Assembly (NCBI RefSeq): GCF_009914755.1
Contig: NC_060929.1
Reading direction: 5' to 3' (one strand)
DNA: 64,000 bases
Source of the DNA: the human T2T-CHM13v2.0 reference genome, Homo sapiens
Position 1 is the first letter of the stretch. Each line of letters begins with the position of its first letter. The translations under genes and the position numbers were made by a program. Of the stretch, positions 55,971-64,000 are shown one piece after another. The notes under the pieces were generated by a model that was given only the letters and a program-made list of their open reading frames with translations, did no database searches and was not told the DNA's origin.

Positions 55971-58329
55971 CTTTTTCCCCTCTTTTCTCTGCCTCCTCTT
56001 CTTTCCTTCAAAAAATTATTTTAAAGACTTGGAATATTTGGAGGGCAGTCTTAAAAATAGGACCATTTCTTCAAAACCATACTAATTAGTAATTTAATCA
56101 TGGGGTCCTTTGAAAATGTATTAGAAAAAAGCATTCACTTTTTTTTAAAAAGGACTTTTGTTAGAGCCAAATTATATAAAAGATATATATATATATATTT
56201 TTTTTTAACTCAGGACAATTCTACCAGCTTCACCTAAGGCCAAAAGCTATTTTCATTAGAGAAAAAAATGTTTTTCATTTCCTCAAATGGTAATATGTGC
56301 ACCCAAGTAAGTACAAAGTTGAAAGTCAAAAGTTGTGATACAGCTGGCTGCATCACTTGATCTCTATCTGAATGTTAGTGGCATGATTATTGGAGTTCAC
56401 TGTCCCAGCAGGGTGGGGGGACAACGCGGCAGCATCAAAAGGAAATTACATTTGCTAAAAAATATGGGTGAAAATGTATTCAGCAATTACCATAGGTCAC
56501 CCATGCTGCACACAGCAAATGGCAGAGAAAAAGGGCTTCATATGGGAGGAGCAGAGAGGAGGGTTAGAACGGTGCTGTTGTGATGTGTGGAATCAAAATG
56601 GACCCCCCATCATGCAGGCTTGCGGCAAACAGCAGTATTAGTATAATGGCCTGTAATAAATTACCAGTAGTTTTTAAGATTTCCTTTTTGTTGTTTCAGG
56701 TCAGCAAAAATGCCATCATCTTTCCTTGCTTTGTGTTGTCTGCACTCCCCTTTTAGATCCAGATGACTCCCATTCTATTCCAGCTGGCTGCCTTTAGATT
56801 TTTGAATTAGCACTCAATATATTTTAATTCAATTTAGAAACTAATGGATGCCTGAACTTATTTAGCCCATCCATTCAAGCATCTTGAAGTGCGATTTTGA
56901 TTGAGGCAATTTTTCCAATTACAATTTTAATTCTTCATTTTTCTTTATGTCTCTCAAAAATTAAACTCTGCTTTATTGATGACTGGGAAATTCTAGGTAA
57001 GCAGTCTAGTAAAGTAAAATATAAATGGCTCTTCCAAATGTTTTTTCCCAGTATGGTGGAAAAGATAAATATTAAATAATGTTGGATTTTTGTAGATTAT
57101 AACAGCCTTGTGTACAACTCACCTTATTTTTAACCAGATTTTATGGGTAGTCTGGGGGTCAAATTGTGCTTTCTCTAACCAGGAAAACGACAACAACACA
57201 GGAAATAAAGACCCAACTTGTCATGGTTAACCTATCAGACAGGGGTTTCTCTTATTACCTTGCTCCCAAGGGTTTTAAAAGGCTTCATATAGTTGCATTT
57301 AAGGACAAACTCAGTAGCTTTCCAGTTCAATAAGCTAAGTATATATTCCCTATGTCGTTTTGCTTTGCTTTTTGGAAGGGTCTTCCTTCACATTGGGAGA
57401 GAGATGCTTGATGCCAAAACAGAAATCAAGATATCATTCTCTCCACAACGAGAAGGAAGGGTTATTTTCCTGTTACCGAGAGCAAAATGTGTGGACAGCC
57501 TTTCCATTAACAGCCATGTTTAATCACCTAGAGTGGATAGTGGTAGCTCTTTCTTGGTCATCTCAGCAAACTTTTTCATCTCCCCTTTCTTGATAATGCA
57601 CTAAGGACCCTGAATACAGGAATGGCCAGAGTTGGGGTAAGGCCTTGGTTCTGTTATCCATCTCTCTAGCAATAGAAATAGAAAAGTCTGGGCTCATGAC
57701 CTACACAAAGACCAATCGACCCCTTAAGTGATGTCAGCTTATAGACATTGAGAGAATGAGGCTTGCACTTTCTGATAAGAGTATTTGTTTTGGCTAAGGT
57801 CCCTATGTTTCCTGTCATTCTGACTAACCAATTTCAATTAGAGGACATGACGCATAAGTGCAAGGAGAAACAGTGTTGCAATGATGAAAGATGGTTGTGG
57901 GGAGAGCATTTGTGTCCCAACAGCATGAAGTCACTCATTCTTCTCCTCTAGGTCCTAGATTTTTGCAACCTCCCCATCAAATCTGTAACCTACTCCAGTA
58001 TTCCACCACATTACCAAGACATTTCTGTTTAGTAAAGTTTAGGCTGAGTTGGATTTCTATGACTTGTAATTAAGTCATGTTATGTTGGACTGCACAGGTA
58101 GGGAAATGTGTTTAGGTGAGTATTTCCTTTTTCCGTCGTACGAGATACATGGGGCTGGCCATCCCTATTACCCTTTTTTCAGTACCTTCTCCTCTTTCTA
58201 TAAATTAATTCATAGAGATATTTATTAACAACCTACTATGTGCTGATTATTGAGGTTGCAAAGAGCAATAAGAAATGAATCCTATTTCCAGGAAGACTCT
58301 CTGGGACATGTAGATAACCACATAATAAG

Positions 58330-58593
58330 TCACATTTCCCAAAATATTTGGAAGAACACAAGTTATTTGGTGAAGAAAGGGATTCCTGGTTACAAAAATT
58401 TTATGATTGTATAAAATTGGGAAAAATGCATCAAACCATAATCCCTTAAGTTTCATAGTGCATATTAGCATATTAAAATATGCAGAAATGCTACATCTTT
58501 AGCCAAATATTTCACAATTTATAGAAAATGAAAACTGTAGTTCCCTGTATGACCTATTGACATTCCATGAAACTAGTGCTCTTTGGAAAGTAT
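58330..58593. mobile_element. MER112/MER113-like hAT-Charlie element inside an L2
   Basis: 'catttcccaaaat...gtgcatattagcatattaaa...cctattgacattccatgaaactagtg...tttggaaa'. Confidence 0.55.
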
Positions 58594-59389
58594 TTAAATA
58601 AAGATAGACCACTATGAAAGAATGGAAATGAGAGAATTGGGTCACTTTTGGAGGGGATAGAAATGACTTCACAGAGGAGGTAAGAACTTGAATTGAGCAT
58701 TAATGAGTGAGTTTATCAGCTCTGGAAAGAGAAAGGTATTCCAGAAAAAGTTACGAGATGTAAAAAGGGAGAGATATAAGAATACAACTAAGGTTTACCT
58801 GGGAATATTTCTTATTTTATGGGACTAGAAATGGTAGCAAAAAGAAGAAGAATAAAGAGATTTTTTAAGAAGCCAGGATGGAGAGATATGAAGAGTCAGG
58901 TAAAGACATTTGGGTTTCCCATTATAGTGAGAACCACTAAATACTGCTTTCTCCTACAAGGTATATATTTTATTTCAATCACAACATAGCACTTAATGTT
59001 TTGGAAACAAATATTTTAAAACATTTATCTAAGGTCTCTTTTCCTAACTGAAGTTTGAAAAATTTTGCCGATTGGAAGAATAAACGGGCTAAAATGGAGG
59101 GGTTTCATTTAGAAATAATGAGTTTTGTTTTCTTTCACCCCCAAAAGTTTATTCCCTCTGACATTCTCTCTTATTTACGTAGTGCCTGGCTTTAAATTGG
59201 AACAAACTCAGTGATAAACAATATCTTTGAGTGTTAACCACAAGGATATTTGCATTTTAGTAAGCTCCATTGTTTATCAAAAATTATTGGAAAGTCTCCC
59301 TCCATTCCATTTTACCTGTTTACACTCCTCTAAATCTGATTTGGAACTCCATCTCTTTCCTAACTTCTCTTCCGGAAACTCCAACCTAC

Positions 59390-60190
59390 TCAGTCATTTA
59401 ATATGCATTTTCTGAGTACTTAATGTCTGCTAGAATCTTTGCGAGGCACTGGAAATCTACTACAATGCAGGAACTGCAGGTATCAGTGAACTTTGAGTCT
59501 AGCGGAGAGTCAGAGATGCAAACAGAAATTCCAATGTGGTATCTAGATTAGGGTAAATACAAGATGCTGGAGGAGTATCCAGGTGGAATAGCTGTTAAGT
59601 ATATGTGTGGGATCTATCTCTCTGTCTGTCTTATGAAGGGTCAGAGAGTCCTTCCCAGAGGAGATGACATCTAAAACTAAATTAAAAAGAATAAACAGTA
59701 ATAATCCAGACATAAGAAAATGAGTGAGGGTAAGGTCATTCTGGGCAGTGAGAAGACAGCTTGCCAAAGGCCAGAGATGGGAGACCTTGGTATTCAGTCT
59801 GGCCTTGAATATGAAGAAGAATGTTGGGAGATAAAGCTGCAGAGACAGGCAGAGAATGAAGAACTCTTGTATCATTTAATGTAATTTTGATTTTTTCTGA
59901 CATCTGTGGGGTATCCTCAAAGTGGTTTAAGCAGTGAAGGTGATTTAATTAAGTTTGCATTTTAAAAACACTAATCAAAGTTCAGTATGGGAGCAGAAAG
60001 ACTGGAGTCTGCAAAGGCTGCTGAAATGGTCAAGGCTAGAGATGCTGGTGACCAGAACAAGGGAGGAGCAGTGGTGATGGTAGGAATAAGTTGTGGAGAG
60101 AGAGGGAGGAGGGAGAGAAGATGGGATTTGGTGAATGATTGGATATGGATATGAAGGGAAGAGAGGAGAAGAGTTTTGAATTGATTCTCC
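59390..60190 (-). mobile_element. L2 LINE fragment
   Basis: 'gtcagagagtccttcccagaggagatgacatctaa', 'ggtcaaggctagagatgctggtgacc'. Confidence 0.75.
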
Positions 60191-61749
60191 ACCCTTTAAC
60201 TTCTGTAACTATTGAGTTTATGAAGTGTCAGATGACTAAAAATATTCTATCTCATGTAGTTACTCACCTTCCCTTCTCATATGTCTTCTTTCCGCATCTA
60301 AGCATAAGTCTCACAAGGAACAGGGACATGTTTGTGTTATATGCATCACATGGAAAGCATATAGTAAGTGCTAAAAAGAAAAATAGTGAATCCTTTTTGT
60401 TTTTTTCTGAAAAAAAAGAGTCACATTTTGCTTTCATCTTTTTTTGTTAGAGAAAAAGCAGTGAGTGCTATTTGCCACACTGGGTTTTGAGAAGTTTAGT
60501 TTTTCTTTTCTCTTTCTATCTCTCTTTTTTTTTTTTTGACTTAAATACAAACTAATAGCATCTAACCAGATTCATAAATGTCTCTGTTACTTTATGTGGA
60601 TGTTTTAAACATAATTTTGGTTGTTCTATTTTCTCTTCCAGTTGCCCTTTAATGTCAGCTGAAAAGTCCTTTTTCCCTTCTCTCACTAATCATGGTCATC
60701 ATACCTCTAGCAAACTTATCATGGTAGTCGCATTTTATAGTTCTAGGTCAACCCTGTCCTATGGGAGCAAACTAGGTATGGAGTGTCTGATCTGGGCCTT
60801 CTAAAATATAAATGAGGGAAGGGAGGACTGCCTTTGCTATATCAAAACACTCCAGCCCCAGTTCACTGAGCATTGTAGATTCTTCATTAATCAGAACGGG
60901 AAGTCCCGGAGACCTCACTGCTGGCTGCTCCTAAAATGTGTACCCCGTTCAGAAAGTCTGGATGAGCAGAGAGCCTGGGGGGCAGGCAGAGGTGGGAAAG
61001 AAAGACCTGCCATTTGTTTGTGCTTGCTATGGGGCCAGTCACTATGCCAAAACCCAGGGGAGTAGATATTTATCCCCACTTTACAAATGGGCAGACTAAT
61101 GCATAAAAATTTAATCAATGTGCTCAAACCTATGCACAGGACAAGAGAAACAAGTGGAATGAACACCTGACAGCAAAGCTTTGGTCTATCCATCACCACT
61201 TGCAGCCTTTATTCTTTGTGGTTGGCTGGCGATAAAAACATGATGTAGATATTTGTAGCACTGAGCATGCATGAGGAGCACTAGCATAAAGAGGGGGACC
61301 CAGGCGAAGACTGGATTGTTTTTTATGCTGTCATGGACATTTGGAGACCTTGGTTCTGGTTCCGGTTCTGTTACTTTTAAGGCCTCTGGTTTTGAGCAAT
61401 TTATTAAATCAACTTGGTCTTTAGTCAGGGTTGCTGTGTCTGGTTGTGCAGTTGGTGCACTGCACAAAAGCACTAGGCTAAGAGAAACCAGCCTGAAACA
61501 AGGCTGCATTTGCCCAGGGGAGCCACACAGGCTAACGTTGGCCTTGACTTTAGTTTTCGTATCTTCAGACTAGGTAAAGTCCTCAATGAGGAAGAGTATT
61601 ATTATTATTCAAATAAGTGGAAAAACCAGTCCTTTTCTGTGTAACATTTTATAATGGATACTCTTACCAATTTTTTGGACCAATGTTATTTGTGAAGAAA
61701 TATCTCTCAAGATATTACGACAGTAGGAATGAGAACTACATCTTTGAAG

Positions 61750-61940
61750 TTTATAGAATGAGGCATTTATTCCTGGCTCTAACACTTGCTAATTTTGTGA
61801 ATTCTTATATCTGTAAAATGGGGATAACAATAATGCCTTCTTCATAGGATTGTGAAATTTCTGTGAATTAATACAAGTAAAGGTTTTAGAGCAGCACCTG
61901 ACAGGGCTCACATTTATGGAGTACTTATTACTGTAGCTAT
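61750..61940 (+). mobile_element. MIR fragment
   Basis: 'atctgtaaaatggggataacaataatgccttcttcataggattgtg'. Confidence 0.75.
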
Positions 61941-62129
61941 TATTTTCCATTTATATCTACGTGTCTCCCCTCTAAAGACTCTGGAGCTTCCCTCACAAAC
62001 AGTGAATAAGTTGTCAATTTTGACTTTTCATCCTTGAATATAGTTGCTGATTTCTCTGTAATACCTTTTCTGTTAGCAGGACTTATTTTTTTTTTAAATC
62101 ACCCACCTCAAATTGACTTAAAACAACAA

Positions 62130-62603
62130 CAGCAACAACTAGGATTGACAATGCAAGCAGCTAGATCCAGAGGTTCAAATAATGCCAGGGGATGGAGGAC
62201 TTTCCTTCCATCAGGTAACTGTTCTCATCTGTTTCAGCTTCACGAGTAAATGGAGTTGTCTACTCTGTAGGCTGAACAGCTCCTTGCTTATCCCTTTTTT
62301 ATTCGAGTCTAGCAGAAACATTTTTCCTCTGTCCAAGGAATCAAATAAAAGTCCCTGAATGTAGTCTGTATGCCTTTTTGGAACATGTGTTTATCCCTGA
62401 ATCAGATACTCTGGCTACAGCAGAGATGCTCTGATTGGCCAGGTTTGGGGCGTCTGCCTGTTCCTGGGACTAGAGGAAGGTATGAGGTCAAACAACATTT
62501 AACATGGGGACAGACAGCTTGTTCCTCAAAGGAAATTAGGGTGCTGTTGGCAGAAGAAGACAGAATATGTATTGGGAAGGCAAAAAATGACAGATGTCTA
62601 CTA
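62130..62603 (-). mobile_element. MLT1J/K-like MaLR LTR
   Basis: 'tgctctgattggccaggtttgggg...caaaggaaattagggtgctgttg...cagatgtctacta'. Confidence 0.6.
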
Positions 62604-63291
62604 TATTCCTCTTGCCCTTTTATGATGCTATTATTGTCTTTTGAAATCTACATTTAAAAATGGACCATCGTACAATAGTACTCCTTTAAGCTACGTGGAA
62701 AAACCGTTTTACACTGCAACTCAGACCATGTACATAAAGTGGTGGAGAAAACCATGGTTTGGGATTTTTCTTATTGTACATCTGCCTCAAATGAGTTGCG
62801 AAACCATTGAGAAGCATTCCTCTGTACATTGAGGAGGCTGCGCTGTGTCTTTAAGTATGCTTTCAACTCTAATGTTCTGTGATGGTCGTGAAATCATGCC
62901 CATTATTGGCAATCACTGATAACTTCGGGTTTTTTTTTTTTCCATCTCAAAGTAGAGAATGATGCATGTATCCCTTGCAAACTTTGGACTGTCATAAAAT
63001 CTATAATCTATCACTTTCAAAAAACAGAAAAAGAGCACCGATACAAGATACCCGCTTCTCTCTAGATTGCCCTAGAGTGATACCTCCAGATTCTGAACAG
63101 AAAAGGTTGTGTTAGGAGAAAGGCACATTTTGTCTTTTACTTCCTTCTTTCCCCTCCAGCACCTTTGCCTCCACAAGGAAGGAATAATAGAGAGGAGGTA
63201 ATATGTGACTGGGACAGAGGTGACCCCCTGGTTCCCTTGAAAGTTATATACTGGAAATAGCAGAGCTTCTTACCCTGCTTTCCTGAATGAC

Positions 63292-63743
63292 TGAAATGCA
63301 GGGCAGGTGAGACCCAAATTGGGGCTTAGCTGGGGAAGGTTCTTGGCTTCGCTCAGGAAAGAATTGGAAAGCAAGCCAGTTGTAGAAGAAAACAGTTTTG
63401 TTGAGGCAGCTCCATGACTGCGTCTGCAGAGCAGGGCTACCCTCAGGTGGCGTGTGGAGAGTAGCAGCTCAGGGACAGTTCTGCAGTCATGTTTATACCC
63501 ACTTTTGATTATATGCAAATTAAAGGGTGGATTATGTAGAAATTTCTAGAAAAAGTATATTTCTGGGTCGTTAGGCCATTGCCATGGAAAGGGGCAATGA
63601 CTTCTGGGTGCTGCCATAGATAAACTGTCATGGCACTAGTGGGCATGTCTTACAGAGAGTTGCTTTTGCTTCTTGCCTGTTTTTGCTAGTCTTCAACCTG
63701 GTCTGAGTCTAAGCTCTATGTCCAGAGTCTGCTTCCTACTTCA
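63292..63743 (-). mobile_element. ERV1 solo LTR (MER66-like) inserted in an older LTR remnant (~63100-63900)
   Basis: 'cccaaattggggcttagc...ttcttggcttcgctcaggaaagaatt', 'tatgcaaattaaaggg', ends 'cctacttca'. Confidence 0.7.
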
Positions 63744-64000
63744 ACTGTAGGCAGCAGGCCCTCCCTCACCTCCCCTGCATCCTCTGTCAACTGATTTGGA
63801 ACTACTAAGAACTGTTATGTGAGCAAGAAACAGTCTTCTGTGTGTTTAGCCACTGTCCTTTTGGTTTAATTTCCTACTGCAGCCCAATATAGCCTAATGC
63901 AATGTATTACAAATTTTGGAAGGGGATAATACTGGTTAGAAATCACAAACTACTGTACAAGTTTGGCCACACTATGTTTATTTTATTTTGATTGAATTGG

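Overview
This is primate genomic DNA, most likely human or great ape given the AluY, LTR12 and MER85 copies. It is AT-rich and dominated by transposon fossils (MIR, L2, L1, Alu, MaLR/ERV1 LTRs, hAT, Tc1-mariner/pogo, piggyBac). I found no intact protein-coding gene, RNA gene, CpG island or CRISPR array, and nearly all ORF-track entries are repeat-derived or random. The only host-gene-derived coding sequence is a 5'-truncated, frameshifted processed pseudogene of beta-tropomyosin (TPM2, exon 6a/9d isoform) at about 6218-6620 (-). The most unusual signal is a nested fold-back structure inside an old L1MA (49049-49228): 45-bp inverted arms matching at 44/45, enclosing duplicated hairpins. Other notable items are an L1 whose 5'UTR is fused to late ORF2, a POGK-like transposase fossil, a MER85 with its CSB-PGBD3 palindrome, two Alus that used the same target site, and an LTR12 promoter. 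Almost all L1s lie on the minus strand, which suggests an intron of a + strand transcription unit. I see no convincing new multi-gene system. Repeat subfamily names come from recalled consensus sequences, and boundaries without TSDs are approximate.
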